59,510 nt of DNA from Pseudomonadota bacterium (GTDB lineage: Bacteria > Myxococcota_A > Polyangia > Polyangiales > Polyangiaceae). The stretch spans positions 1-59,510 of the forward strand of contig QGUH02000001.1 in assembly GCA_003242355.2 (NCBI GenBank), written 5' to 3'. This document shows positions 1 through 9,111 of the stretch, piece after piece (position 1 is the stretch's first letter; each line of letters begins with the position of its first letter). Below the pieces are notes generated by a model. The model made no database searches and was not told the DNA's origin. It saw only the letters and a list, made by a program, of their open reading frames with translations. The translations under genes were made by a program, and so were the position numbers.

Positions 1-648
1 GCCTTGGAGACCTGGGAAACCGCCGAGGAACGCTCCCCGGCCCCGCCGGCGCCCCGCCCCGCCTCCACGGCCCCCGCCGTGGCTCCGCCGGCATCCGGAG
101 CCGTTGCTTCGGAGGGGCTCCGCTTCCGCGCGGCGGCCGCATACCTCGGAACGCAGTACGCGGATCACACCCCTTGGCAGAACGGGGCCGGCGCGTGGCT
201 CGCGCTTCGACCGCCACGGTCTCCCTGGTTGCTCGGCGCCGCGTACGGCCACTTCTTCGCGTTGCCGGTGAACCGTGCCGGTGTCCGTGCGGAAATCACC
301 AGGAACGTCCTCGAGCTCTTCGGAGGGCTCAACCTTCCGAGCGCTCGCTTCTCGTGGGGCGCCGAGGGCGGCCTCGAGCTCGAGCACGCGGCGCGCAGAA
401 CGCTGCGTGCCGAGGCCCCCTTGTCGCCGAACCCGCAGGCCCGCCGCATCTCGCTCGCGGCTTCCGTGCGGGCGCGCGGCTCGTTCGTGATCGCCCCGCC
501 GCTGCTCCTGTCGTGCGCGCTCGGCGCGGAAGTTCCGCTCCAGCGTTTCGACTACGTGATCACGCGCGACTCCGGAGAACGGACCTCCCTGCTCCAGCCA
601 TACCCCGTGCGCCCGCGCCTCGAGCTCGGGCTCGCCGTCGACCTGTAG
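1..648 (+). CDS. Hypothetical protein, C-terminal part (probable outer-membrane beta-barrel); 5' end lies outside the window
   Basis: Frame is open from base 1. A Pro/Ala linker is followed by alternating hydrophobic beta-strand-like segments ending RLELGLAVDL. Lies directly upstream of the ECF/anti-sigma pair. Confidence 0.6.
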   Translation, partial: ALETWETAEERSPAPPAPRPASTAPAVAPPASGAVASEGLRFRAAAAYLGTQYADHTPWQNGAGAWLALRPPRSPWLLGAAYGHFFALPVNRAGVRAEITRNVLELFGGLNLPSARFSWGAEGGLELEHAARRTLRAEAPLSPNPQARRISLAASVRARGSFVIAPPLLLSCALGAEVPLQRFDYVITRDSGERTSLLQPYPVRPRLELGLAVDL

Positions 649-796
649 CGGCCCGTCGGCGCAATCTTTCTCCGCCGGGATCTCTCTTCGCCGGAAAGTT
701 TCCTGGAAACTGCATTTGGGCTCGGTTCGCCGAAAAATCGCCGCCCCGTTCCCCGCCACGTAAGCCACACTTCCACGGACAAGGACGGCACTTGCG

Positions 797-1375
797 GTGG
801 ATCCTTCCCGTCGCCCCGAACCTTCCGAGCTCGTGAGCCGCGCCGCTCAGGGCGATCCCCATGCCCAGCGCGCGCTCGTGGAGCGCATCGATCGCCGTAC
901 GCGCGCCATCGCGCTCGCGATCCTCGGCAATCATGCCGACGCGGAGGACGCGGCCCAGAACACGCTGCTCGAGGTGCTCGGCGCGGCAGCGGCGTACCGC
1001 GGCGGAAGCTTTCTCGCCTGGGCAGATCGCATCGCCGTGCGCACGGCCATGCGCTTCGCGCGCAAGCGCCGGCTCCGGGAAGCGCGCCACGACTCGGATG
1101 CGCCGCTCGAGCAGCTCGCGGTCGAAGGCCATTCGCCGGCATCGCACGACGTGCCGCGCCCGATCGTCGATTATCTCGCGGAGCTGCCCGAAACCCGGCG
1201 CGTTGCGCTCGTGCTCCGCCACGTGATGGGCTACTCGATCGACGAGATCGCGGAGCTGACCGGCGTCTCGCCGAACACCGTCAAGGATCGGCTGCTGCAG
1301 GGTCGCGAGCAGCTCCGAAAACACATCCGCCGCGAAATTGCGATCGGGGTTCCCCGATCGGGGAGTCGGTCGTGA
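797..1375 (+). CDS. ECF (sigma-70 group 4) RNA polymerase sigma factor
   Basis: Region 2 (DAEDAAQNTLL...FLAWADRIA) and region 4 HTH (LVLRHVMGYSIDEIAELTGVSPNTVKDRL). Confidence 0.93.
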   Translation: MDPSRRPEPSELVSRAAQGDPHAQRALVERIDRRTRAIALAILGNHADAEDAAQNTLLEVLGAAAAYRGGSFLAWADRIAVRTAMRFARKRRLREARHDSDAPLEQLAVEGHSPASHDVPRPIVDYLAELPETRRVALVLRHVMGYSIDEIAELTGVSPNTVKDRLLQGREQLRKHIRREIAIGVPRSGSRS

Positions 1376-2964
1376 CCGTTGCGCAGGGGAGCCCGAGGGA
1401 AACGACGAGTGCCTGCCAACGCTGGGTCGCGCTCGCGGATCGCCTGGCGCTCGGGGAGTGCCTGTCACCGGCAGAGACTTCGTTCCACCGCGATCACGCG
1501 GCGAGCTGCACGGCGTGCGGCGCCGAAGCGCACGTTTTCGAGTCGCTCGCGCTCGAGCGCGTGCTCGCTCGCCCGGACGGCCTCGACGCCGCTCTCCTTC
1601 CGCCGGAAGCACGGCAGGCGATCGCCCGCGCCACGAACGAGGAAGGAGGCATCCGGTCGTGGTGGCGGAAGCGTCGTTACCGCGTGTTGCCGGTCGTCGC
1701 GGCCGCCGCTCTCGGAGCGCTCGGCACCTTTGTCGTGCTCTCGCTCGAGGACGAGGGCGTCGCGCCGCCCGCACCAGCCGCCCATGCGACGCTGGCCTTC
1801 GTTTCGGGCGACGTGACGGTGAACGCCCAGGCCGCGAGCGCGGGCCATGCGCTCCGCGTGGGCGACGTGATCGCGATGCCGCGCGGCGAAGCCTGCGTGC
1901 GGCTGGACACGAACGTCGCCGCTTGCGGCGCGCACGGCACCGAGCTCCGCATTCACACGCTGGCCGCGAACGAGCGCCGCCTGCAACTGTTGCGAGGAAG
2001 CGTCGTGTCGCGGCTGTTGCCACAACCTGCCGGGACGACCTTCGGGATCGTGACGCCGACGGGCACCGTCGTGGCCAAGGGCACGATCTTCACGGTGGAG
2101 CTCACGAGCGACGGACGCTCCACCGTGCGGGTGCACGAGGGAACCGTTCAGGGCGCGCTCGCCAATGGCTCCGAAAAGACGGTCACGGCGCCCGCCGCGC
2201 TCGAGCTTTCCGCGACGATTCGCGAGGCGGCGCTCACCGGCGAAGGCATGCAGCGAGACGCTTCTGCAATCGCGCTCGCCACGCTGATGGCCGGCGGCGA
2301 CACGCGCTGCGCGCTCCACGTCGAAACCTCGCCGCCCGGCGCCACCATCACCTTGGGGACGAGCGATCTCGGAACCTCACCCGTCGCCGCGCTCGTTCCG
2401 TGCGGCACGCATCGCCTCTCGGTGTCGCGTGCCGGCTACGCGTCCGTCGCCGAACGGTTGACGCTCGAGCACGGGGAGCGCACCGCGCGCAGCTACGATC
2501 TGTTGCAGCTGCCGGAGAGCGCACCGAGCTCCGCAGCCGCGCCCGAGCCAGCGCCCGCTCCCTCGACTGCGAGTCACGAGCGGCACACCAGCGTCGCGAG
2601 CGCGCAGGCCCTGCTCGCGCGGGCACGGGCGTTCCGAGCCTCGGGCCGTGCCGTCGACGCGGCCGCCGCCTATCGTGAATTGCTCGCTCGGCATCCACGG
2701 AGCGCCGAGGCGCGCGCTGCGCTCGTGTCGCTCGGCGAAATCGAGCTCACGCAGCTCCGGGATCCGAAGGCGGCGCTGGCCGCATTCGAGGCGTACCTGC
2801 GTCACGGCGGCGCGCTGACCCAAGAAGCGAGCCACGGGAAGATCCGCGCGCTCCGCGAGCTCGGGCGACACACGGAGGAGCGCGCGGCGATCGAGCGTTT
2901 CCTCGCGCGCTATCCGGAGAGCCCCCAAGCGGAGCGCCTGCGTCGGCGACTCGAGGAGCTCTGA
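1372..2964 (+). CDS. Transmembrane anti-sigma factor: zinc-binding (ZAS) N-terminus, TM helix, FecR domain, PEGA domain, TPR-like C-terminus
   Basis: HAASCTAC (HxxxCxxC); TM VLPVVAAAALGALGTFVVL; FecR-like TPTGTVVAKGTIFTV...VRVHEGTV; PEGA-like VETSPPGATI...GTSP; helical TPR-like end. GTGA overlap with the sigma gene. Confidence 0.85.
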   Translation: MTVAQGSPRETTSACQRWVALADRLALGECLSPAETSFHRDHAASCTACGAEAHVFESLALERVLARPDGLDAALLPPEARQAIARATNEEGGIRSWWRKRRYRVLPVVAAAALGALGTFVVLSLEDEGVAPPAPAAHATLAFVSGDVTVNAQAASAGHALRVGDVIAMPRGEACVRLDTNVAACGAHGTELRIHTLAANERRLQLLRGSVVSRLLPQPAGTTFGIVTPTGTVVAKGTIFTVELTSDGRSTVRVHEGTVQGALANGSEKTVTAPAALELSATIREAALTGEGMQRDASAIALATLMAGGDTRCALHVETSPPGATITLGTSDLGTSPVAALVPCGTHRLSVSRAGYASVAERLTLEHGERTARSYDLLQLPESAPSSAAAPEPAPAPSTASHERHTSVASAQALLARARAFRASGRAVDAAAAYRELLARHPRSAEARAALVSLGEIELTQLRDPKAALAAFEAYLRHGGALTQEASHGKIRALRELGRHTEERAAIERFLARYPESPQAERLRRRLEEL

Positions 2965-4046
2965 TGGGCGCGGCGCGTGGGATGGCTCGCCGCCGTCCGC
3001 GTGCCCCGACGGCGTTCCCGGTCGACGCGGTGCTCGCGCTCGTTCTCGGCATTTCGCTCGTCGGCTGCCACGCCGATTCGGACGTGGTGGCGTCCGGGCC
3101 CTACCCCGCTCGGCTCTCGGGAGAGCCGTACGATCCCGTGCACCCGCCCGGTGTGCTGCCGCTCGTCGGGGATCTCCGGGCGCACACGCCCGCGATCGTC
3201 CGCGCCGAAAACGGGTGGGTCGCGTTCGCTCTCGGCGAGCGCATCACCATGAAGTTTTCGGAAGACCTGGTGAGCTGGCGCGACATCGGCAGCGCGCTCC
3301 CCGCATTCCCCGAGTGGATCTCCGAAAAGGTGCCCGACGCGAAGGACCTCTGGGCGCCCGACGTCGTCGCGTTCGGGGATCGCCATCACCTCTACTACGC
3401 CGCCTCGACCTACCGCAGCGATCGCTCCTGCATCGGACATGCCGTGAGCACGACGCCCGAGGAACCGGAGAGCTTCGTCGACGACGGTTGGGTGATCTGC
3501 TCGAACGTGGACGCGTCGGGCGAGCATCCCTGGAACGCGATCGATCCCACGGTGCTGGTCGAAGACGGCGTGCCCTGGCTCGCGTTCGGCAGCTACCTCG
3601 ACGGGATTCAGCTCCTCCGGCTGAACCCGAACGGAAAAGCCGCGAGCACGGAAGTGACGCCGATCGCGGCGCGGCCCGACGACGGACGCGCGCTACAAGC
3701 CGCGGCGCTCTACCGCCGCGGAGAGTTCGTCTACCTCTTCCTGTCGTTCGATCGCTGCTGCATGGGGCTCGACAGCACGCACAAGATCGTGGTCGGGCGC
3801 GCGAGCTCGGTGACGGGCCCCTACTTCGATCGATCGGAACGGCCCCTGCTCGACGGTGGCGGCACGCTCGTGCTGGAAGGCAACGAGCGCTTCGCAGGTC
3901 CGGGAAGCAACATGATCCTCGACGACGGACGCTTCACGTACAACGTCTATCATGCGTACGATGCCGAGGACGGCGGGGCCTCGGTCCTGCGGATCGCGGA
4001 GCTCGCCTGGGACGAAGAAGGGTGGCCCGTGTCGGGCGGGCCCTGA
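2964..4046 (+). CDS. GH43 arabinanase-like lipoprotein, probably catalytically inactive
   Basis: Lipobox LVGC. WAPD, NAIDP, FGSY, DRCC and YHAY motifs of GH43 endo-arabinanases are present, but HDP reads HTP and IEAP reads LQAA. TGATG overlap with the anti-sigma gene. Confidence 0.85.
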   Translation: MGAARGMARRRPRAPTAFPVDAVLALVLGISLVGCHADSDVVASGPYPARLSGEPYDPVHPPGVLPLVGDLRAHTPAIVRAENGWVAFALGERITMKFSEDLVSWRDIGSALPAFPEWISEKVPDAKDLWAPDVVAFGDRHHLYYAASTYRSDRSCIGHAVSTTPEEPESFVDDGWVICSNVDASGEHPWNAIDPTVLVEDGVPWLAFGSYLDGIQLLRLNPNGKAASTEVTPIAARPDDGRALQAAALYRRGEFVYLFLSFDRCCMGLDSTHKIVVGRASSVTGPYFDRSERPLLDGGGTLVLEGNERFAGPGSNMILDDGRFTYNVYHAYDAEDGGASVLRIAELAWDEEGWPVSGGP

Positions 4047-4232
4047 GCGTCCGCGCGCGGACGGCTCCACTGCAAAAGCTCGGCGCGGAGCGAGCGATGG
4101 CACGGCTCTCTCTCCCGCGACCGAAGCGACGACGGCACCGCAGCCCTCCCCCACGACGAAAGCGAGAAGGGCGCCGCGTCCCTCCCCCGCACCAGAGGCG
4201 GGAAGCGCGGCGCCCTCCACGGCGACGGAAAC

Positions 4233-4262
4233 CAGAACGCCGATCGGTCGAACCGCTCGGCG
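4233..4262. repeat. Palindromic element copy 1 (CGCCGA-N13-TCGGCG)
   Basis: cagaacgccga-tcggtcgaaccgc-tcggcg, in a convergent intergenic region. Confidence 0.55.
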
Positions 4263-4270
4263 ACCCGGGC

Positions 4271-5335
4271 TCAAGGCTTCACGAACTTGAGCGTCATGCG
4301 ATCGCTCTCCCCGATCGCGAGGTACTTCTCGCGATCGACGTCGCCCTGTCGAAGCGTGGGCGGCAGCGACCACACCCCTTCGGGGTGATCCTTCGTATCC
4401 TTCAAGTTCGCATTCACTTCCGACTTCTGCGCGAGCTTGAAGCCCGCCGCCTCGACCTGTTGAATCACCCAGGGCTCGGGCAAATAGCCCTTCTTCGCGC
4501 TTTCGTCCGGGTTCGCGTCCGCCGGCGCGCGATGCTGCACGATGCCGAGCACGCCCTTCGGCTTGAGCGCGCGGTGGAACTGCTCGAGCCACGCCTTGAG
4601 CGTGCCGCCGTTGTGCATGCCGTGCAGCGAGCGGATCGCGAGCACGACGTCCACGGTGCCTTCGAGGTCGAGCTTGGGCGCCGTGGGATCGATGACGATC
4701 GTGCCGACTTTGCCGTACGCCTCCGGCAGCCGTTCGAGGAAGAGACGCGTGCGCTCACCATAGAGCGTCGCGCGCTGATCGCGCGGACCGTTCGGGTCGG
4801 TCATCGTGACGTAGAGCTTGCCGGAGGTCGCGAGCATCGGTGCGAGAAGCTCGGTGTACCAACCTTCTCCGGGACCGTATTCGAGCACCGTGTGATTCGG
4901 TTTCACGCCGAAGAACGCGAGCGTCTCCACCGGGTGCCGTTGCGGGTCGCGCTCCGGATTGCCGGGCTTGCGGTGCTTGCCCTTCATCACGGTCGCGATC
5001 GCTTCGCGCGTGTTCGTGTACTTCTTTTCGGCGAGCGCCTTCGCTTCCGCTCGGATCTCCGGCGTGAGGCGCGCGAGCTCCGCTTCGTGCGCGGCGCGCG
5101 CGGCGGCGAAATCCGCGTTCAGCTTCTCGAGCTCCTCGGCCTTCTTCCGCTCCTCCGGAGACGGCTCCGCTGCGGGCTCGGCCGGCGCCGCTGGCGGAGC
5201 TTCTACCTGCGCGGTTGCGGGCGGCTCGGCCGCGGGCGGCAGCGGCGTGGTTGCGGGCTCTCTGACCTCCGCCGCAGGCGAACAGGCCAGAAATGCCGTG
5301 AACAGCGTAGCAGGGGCGAGCGCTGTGGTCTTCAT
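4271..5335 (-). CDS. Class I SAM-dependent methyltransferase-like lipoprotein (COG4798-like)
   Basis: Start MKTTALAP with lipobox FLAC; RDPQRHPVETLAFFG, VLEYGPGEGWYT, ALKPKGVLGIVQH and GESDRMTLKFVKP motifs. Confidence 0.85.
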   Translation of the reverse strand: MKTTALAPATLFTAFLACSPAAEVREPATTPLPPAAEPPATAQVEAPPAAPAEPAAEPSPEERKKAEELEKLNADFAAARAAHEAELARLTPEIRAEAKALAEKKYTNTREAIATVMKGKHRKPGNPERDPQRHPVETLAFFGVKPNHTVLEYGPGEGWYTELLAPMLATSGKLYVTMTDPNGPRDQRATLYGERTRLFLERLPEAYGKVGTIVIDPTAPKLDLEGTVDVVLAIRSLHGMHNGGTLKAWLEQFHRALKPKGVLGIVQHRAPADANPDESAKKGYLPEPWVIQQVEAAGFKLAQKSEVNANLKDTKDHPEGVWSLPPTLRQGDVDREKYLAIGESDRMTLKFVKP

Positions 5336-5444
5336 GACGACGCGTTTACCAGAACGAGCGGGCCTGTCGAAGGCGGTCGTGCCCACCACGTCGCAAAAAG
5401 ACCTTGTGGCGGGCGACTCGGCCGTGTTCCGATAGCACGCGCAC

Positions 5445-7106
5445 ATGGCAGACCGGGTCGCCGAACTCGAGAACGAGCTGGCACGCGTGTGCGCGGAGCG
5501 CGACGAGCTGGCACGCCGCTTGAAAGAAGCGGACCGGTATCGGACCGCCGTCAACATCGCGCAGGTCCCGATGATGTGCGTCTCGGCGATCGAGGGGCGG
5601 TACCTCTTCGCCAACGAAGCCTTCGCACGCATCATCGGCTGGACGGTCGACGAAATCCTCTCGGGTGATGCGTACCACATCTGGGTCACCGTCACCCATC
5701 CGGATGATCTCGAGGTCGAGCGGCGCGCGATCGAGCGGCTCGCCCGCGGAGAGGCGGACGTCGCGCGTCACGAGAAGCGGCTCATCCACAAGAACGGCGA
5801 GGTGCGCTGGTACGTCGCGCACGTCACCGCGCTCCGATTGCCCGACGGGCGGCTCGAAGCCATCATCGTCCAGTTCACAGACGTGCACGAGCAGCGCGAA
5901 GCCGCAGAGGTGCGCGAGCGGCTGGAAGCGGAGCTCCGTCAGAAGCAGAAGCTCGAGGCGCTCGGTAAGCTCGCCGGGGGCGTCGCCCACGACTTCAACA
6001 ATCGCCTCGTGATCATCATGGGCTACACGGAGCTCCTGAAACGGAGCTTGCCCGAGGGTGGCACGCTCGCGCAGCACGCGGACATGGTGCTCACCAGCGC
6101 CCAACGCGCCGCCGAGCTCACGCACCAGCTCCTCGCGTACAGCCGGAGGCAGGTGCTCATGCCTCAGGCGTTCGACCTGAACGAGACGGTCGATCGCATG
6201 CGTCGGCTGCTCGAGCGCCTGATCGGCGAGGACATTCAGCTCGTGACGTCGCTCGCCGCCGAGCACCGAATTTTCGGAGACCCCGGGCAAATCGAGCAGG
6301 TCATCCTGAACCTGGCGCTCAACGCCCGCGACGCGATGCCGAACGGCGGCAAGCTCACGCTGGAGACCAGCGACGTGTCGCTCGACGCCGACAACTCCGA
6401 GGGCTTGCCCGAGGGGGACTACGTCACGCTGGTCGTCCGCGACACGGGTACCGGCATCCCCGAGTCCGTGCTCCCCCACATCTTCGAGCCCTTTTTCACC
6501 ACCAAGGCGACGGGAAAGGGCACGGGCCTGGGTCTTGCCACCGTCGACGGCATCGTGCACCAAAGTGGCGGCTCGATTCGCGTCGAGAGCCGCGTCGGCG
6601 AGGGAACGGCGTTCACGATCCGCCTGCCCCGTGCGCGCGCGAATGCGCCGGCAGCCGAGCAAGCCTCGCCCGCTCCGCTACCGGAGCCCACGATGCGCTC
6701 GCGGAACTTCGAGACCGTGCTGGTCTGCGACGACGACGACGGCGTCCGCAAGCTCGTCTCCGATCTGCTCGTTTTCCGTGGCTATCGAGTGCTCGAAGCG
6801 TCCAACGGGCGCCAGGCGCTCGAGCTCGCAGCCCGACACGGCGAAGCGATCGATCTGCTCGTCACGGACGTGGTGATGCCGGAGATGGGCGGCAACGAGC
6901 TCGCCCGAAAGCTCAAGGAGCGCCACCCCCGATTGCGCGTGCTCTACATCTCCGGCTACAGCGACGACGCCTCGCTGCTCTCGGCGCCGCTCGAGCCCGG
7001 CACCTTCTTCTTGCCCAAGCCGTTCTTGCCCGCCGATCTGACGCGGGCGGTGTGCTCGATCCTCGAAGCTCCCAATCGAGCCCAGCTCGCCGACCGGATC
7101 GACTGA
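5445..7106 (+). CDS. Cytoplasmic hybrid sensor histidine kinase (PAS-HisKA-HATPase-REC)
   Basis: THPDD PAS motif, H-box AHDFNN, N-box NARDAM, G-boxes DTGTG and GTGLGL, receiver LLVTDVVMP. Confidence 0.95.
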   Translation: MADRVAELENELARVCAERDELARRLKEADRYRTAVNIAQVPMMCVSAIEGRYLFANEAFARIIGWTVDEILSGDAYHIWVTVTHPDDLEVERRAIERLARGEADVARHEKRLIHKNGEVRWYVAHVTALRLPDGRLEAIIVQFTDVHEQREAAEVRERLEAELRQKQKLEALGKLAGGVAHDFNNRLVIIMGYTELLKRSLPEGGTLAQHADMVLTSAQRAAELTHQLLAYSRRQVLMPQAFDLNETVDRMRRLLERLIGEDIQLVTSLAAEHRIFGDPGQIEQVILNLALNARDAMPNGGKLTLETSDVSLDADNSEGLPEGDYVTLVVRDTGTGIPESVLPHIFEPFFTTKATGKGTGLGLATVDGIVHQSGGSIRVESRVGEGTAFTIRLPRARANAPAAEQASPAPLPEPTMRSRNFETVLVCDDDDGVRKLVSDLLVFRGYRVLEASNGRQALELAARHGEAIDLLVTDVVMPEMGGNELARKLKERHPRLRVLYISGYSDDASLLSAPLEPGTFFLPKPFLPADLTRAVCSILEAPNRAQLADRID

Positions 7107-7117
7107 TCGGCGCTCTC
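7088..7117. repeat. Palindromic element copy 2 (CGCCGA-N13-TCGGCG)
   Basis: cgccga-ccggatcgactga-tcggcgctctc, overlapping the kinase stop codon. Confidence 0.5.
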
Positions 7118-7167
7118 GGCCCCGTCCATGGCGGACGGCACGCGCCGCCCGTCCCCGCCGGGCCCGT

Positions 7168-7566
7168 TCAAGCGCGCCGGAGCGCGCGCAGGGCGAGCAC
7201 GACGAGCGCGACGGCGCCGATGCCGCTCAGGAATTTGGCGGTGGCTCTCGGGTTGTGCTCGATCACGTCGACGCGATCGGCGAGCAGGAGCAGGAGCCAG
7301 CGCCGGGCGCGATAGTCCGGAATGCGATAGGCAGCGCGCCGCAGAGCGCCGCTCAACCCGCGCGGGGGAAGCGCCGTCGAGTACACGGGCGTGAGCGTCC
7401 TCGTCGCAGCGACGAGCGGGGCGCGCTCGGAGCGCTGCTGCTCGGGGACCTGCCACGTGGGGCTGCCCACCGGGCGCGGCGGGCTCTGCTCCATCGGAAC
7501 GCCCGGGCGGTCTTCGAGGCGACGATCCACGCCCCATCCCATCACGTCGGTTCTCTCTATTTGCAT
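7168..7566 (-). CDS. Hypothetical protein with C-terminal TM helix, downstream of the Zn dehydrogenase
   Basis: Plausible composition (GWGVDRRLEDRPGVPME...WLLLLLADRVD) and a hydrophobic C-terminus. Confidence 0.75.
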   Translation of the reverse strand: MQIERTDVMGWGVDRRLEDRPGVPMEQSPPRPVGSPTWQVPEQQRSERAPLVAATRTLTPVYSTALPPRGLSGALRRAAYRIPDYRARRWLLLLLADRVDVIEHNPRATAKFLSGIGAVALVVLALRALRRA

Positions 7567-7642
7567 GGTGTTTCACTCCACGATCAACCCACGATCAACC
7601 ACCTCGGCCACGATCCCGAATCGCGCGCGGACGAATCGGAGC

Positions 7643-8794
7643 TCACGCTGCAGCGGGCAAGAGAACGCACTTGATGCACTCGTCCTCCTTGCGCGCGAAG
7701 ATGCGGTACGCTTCCGGCCCTTCCTCGAGCGGCAGCCGGTGCGTGATGATGCCCTTCGGATCGAGGCGCCCGGCCCGCACGTGCTCGAGCAAGCGGGGCA
7801 GGTAGCGCTTGACGTTGCACTGCGCGGCCCGAATCGTTACGCCCTTGTTCATCGCCTCACCGACGGGAGCGAGGTTCCACGGTGGGCCGTACACGCCGAT
7901 GATCACGACGTTGCCCCCGCGCCGCACCGACTGAATCGCCCACGTGAGGGCCGTCGCGCGCCCTGCCTGCAGCATCGTCATCCCGAGCAACGTGTGCAGC
8001 CCCGATCCGGACGCTTCCAACCCCGCCGCGTCGATACAGACGTCCGGGCCGCGCCCGTCGGTCCATCGTTTCAGGGTCCGAATCACGTCGGCGCCGCCTT
8101 CTTCCTCGTAGTTCAACGGCTCGGCGTTCGCCCACCGCCGCGCGAACTCGAGTCGGTAATCGAAGCGATCGACCGCAATCACGCGCCCCGCGCCCATCAA
8201 CCACGCGCACTTCATGGCCATGAGCCCCACGGGCCCTGCGCCGAAGACGCACACCGTTTCTCCTTCCTGGATGCCCCCCATCTCCGCCGCCTGGTAACCC
8301 GTGGGCAGGATGTCCGTGAGGAACAGCACGTCCTCCTCGTGCATGTCGTCGGGGATCTTCATGGGGCCGACGTCCGCGTACGGCACGCGCACGAATTCCG
8401 CCTGCCCGCCCTCGTAGCCGCCGGCCATGTGGGAGTACCCGAAACAGGCGCCGAGCAGATCCGTCGCCGGGTTGGCGTTGTCGCACACGCTCGTGAGCCC
8501 GCGCTCGCAGTAGAAGCAGGTCCCGCACGCGATGTTGAAGGGAACGATCACGCGGTCGCCCTTGCGCAGCGACGTGACGGAGGGCCCCACCTCCTCGACC
8601 ACGCCCGCGAACTCGTGCCCGAAGGTGGTCCCAACGCGCGTGTCGGGAACGAGCCCGTGGTAGAGGTGGAGATCCGATCCGCAGATCGCGGTGCGGGTCA
8701 CGCGCAGCACGATGTCGTTCGGGTGCTCGATGCGCGGCTCCGGCTTCTCGACGATTCTCATGGTCGACGGCCCGCGGTAGGTCAGCGCCTTCAT
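7643..8794 (-). CDS. Zinc-dependent dehydrogenase (glutathione-independent formaldehyde dehydrogenase-like, MDR family)
   Basis: ICGSDLH, GHEF, structural Zn motif CGTCFYC...C, GAGPVG and TDILPTG. Confidence 0.92.
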   Translation of the reverse strand: MKALTYRGPSTMRIVEKPEPRIEHPNDIVLRVTRTAICGSDLHLYHGLVPDTRVGTTFGHEFAGVVEEVGPSVTSLRKGDRVIVPFNIACGTCFYCERGLTSVCDNANPATDLLGACFGYSHMAGGYEGGQAEFVRVPYADVGPMKIPDDMHEEDVLFLTDILPTGYQAAEMGGIQEGETVCVFGAGPVGLMAMKCAWLMGAGRVIAVDRFDYRLEFARRWANAEPLNYEEEGGADVIRTLKRWTDGRGPDVCIDAAGLEASGSGLHTLLGMTMLQAGRATALTWAIQSVRRGGNVVIIGVYGPPWNLAPVGEAMNKGVTIRAAQCNVKRYLPRLLEHVRAGRLDPKGIITHRLPLEEGPEAYRIFARKEDECIKCVLLPAAA

Positions 8795-9111
8795 GGCGGG
8801 CGAGCTCTGCAAGGCCCGAGCCGACCCGGGTCACCGCTCGTCACGCGTCGATCACGCCGCGCGCGCACGCCGCAAAACGCGGCGCCGCGACAGCTTGCAC
8901 CGCTGCTCGCCGCTGTGCTCGGAAAGCGCCACCTTTCGGCCGTTTCGCGCTCGTGCTGGCGAAAGCGACGGCGCGCGCTTCACGTCGGCGTTGGTGGCAG
9001 GAGGCGCGATGTGTGTGGGCAGCCGTCTTTGCTGCGGCCCCTCGATCGGTGTCGAAGCGCGCACTCGTCGGTTCGTCGTCACTCCGAAGGAGCGCCGTCC
9101 CGGTGCGCGGA

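Noticed and set aside
2964-4046. GH43 as a decaying pseudogene
   Set aside because: The reading frame, lipobox and structural motifs are intact and the notable changes fall on catalytic positions. Decay cannot be fully excluded without orthologues.
3215-5668. Long alternative ORFs (817 aa here; also 43420-45792, 7391-9385, 53663-55591, 38768-40663 and others)
   Set aside because: Arg/Ala/Gly-rich shadow frames expected in high-GC DNA; they overlap well-supported genes and show no motifs.
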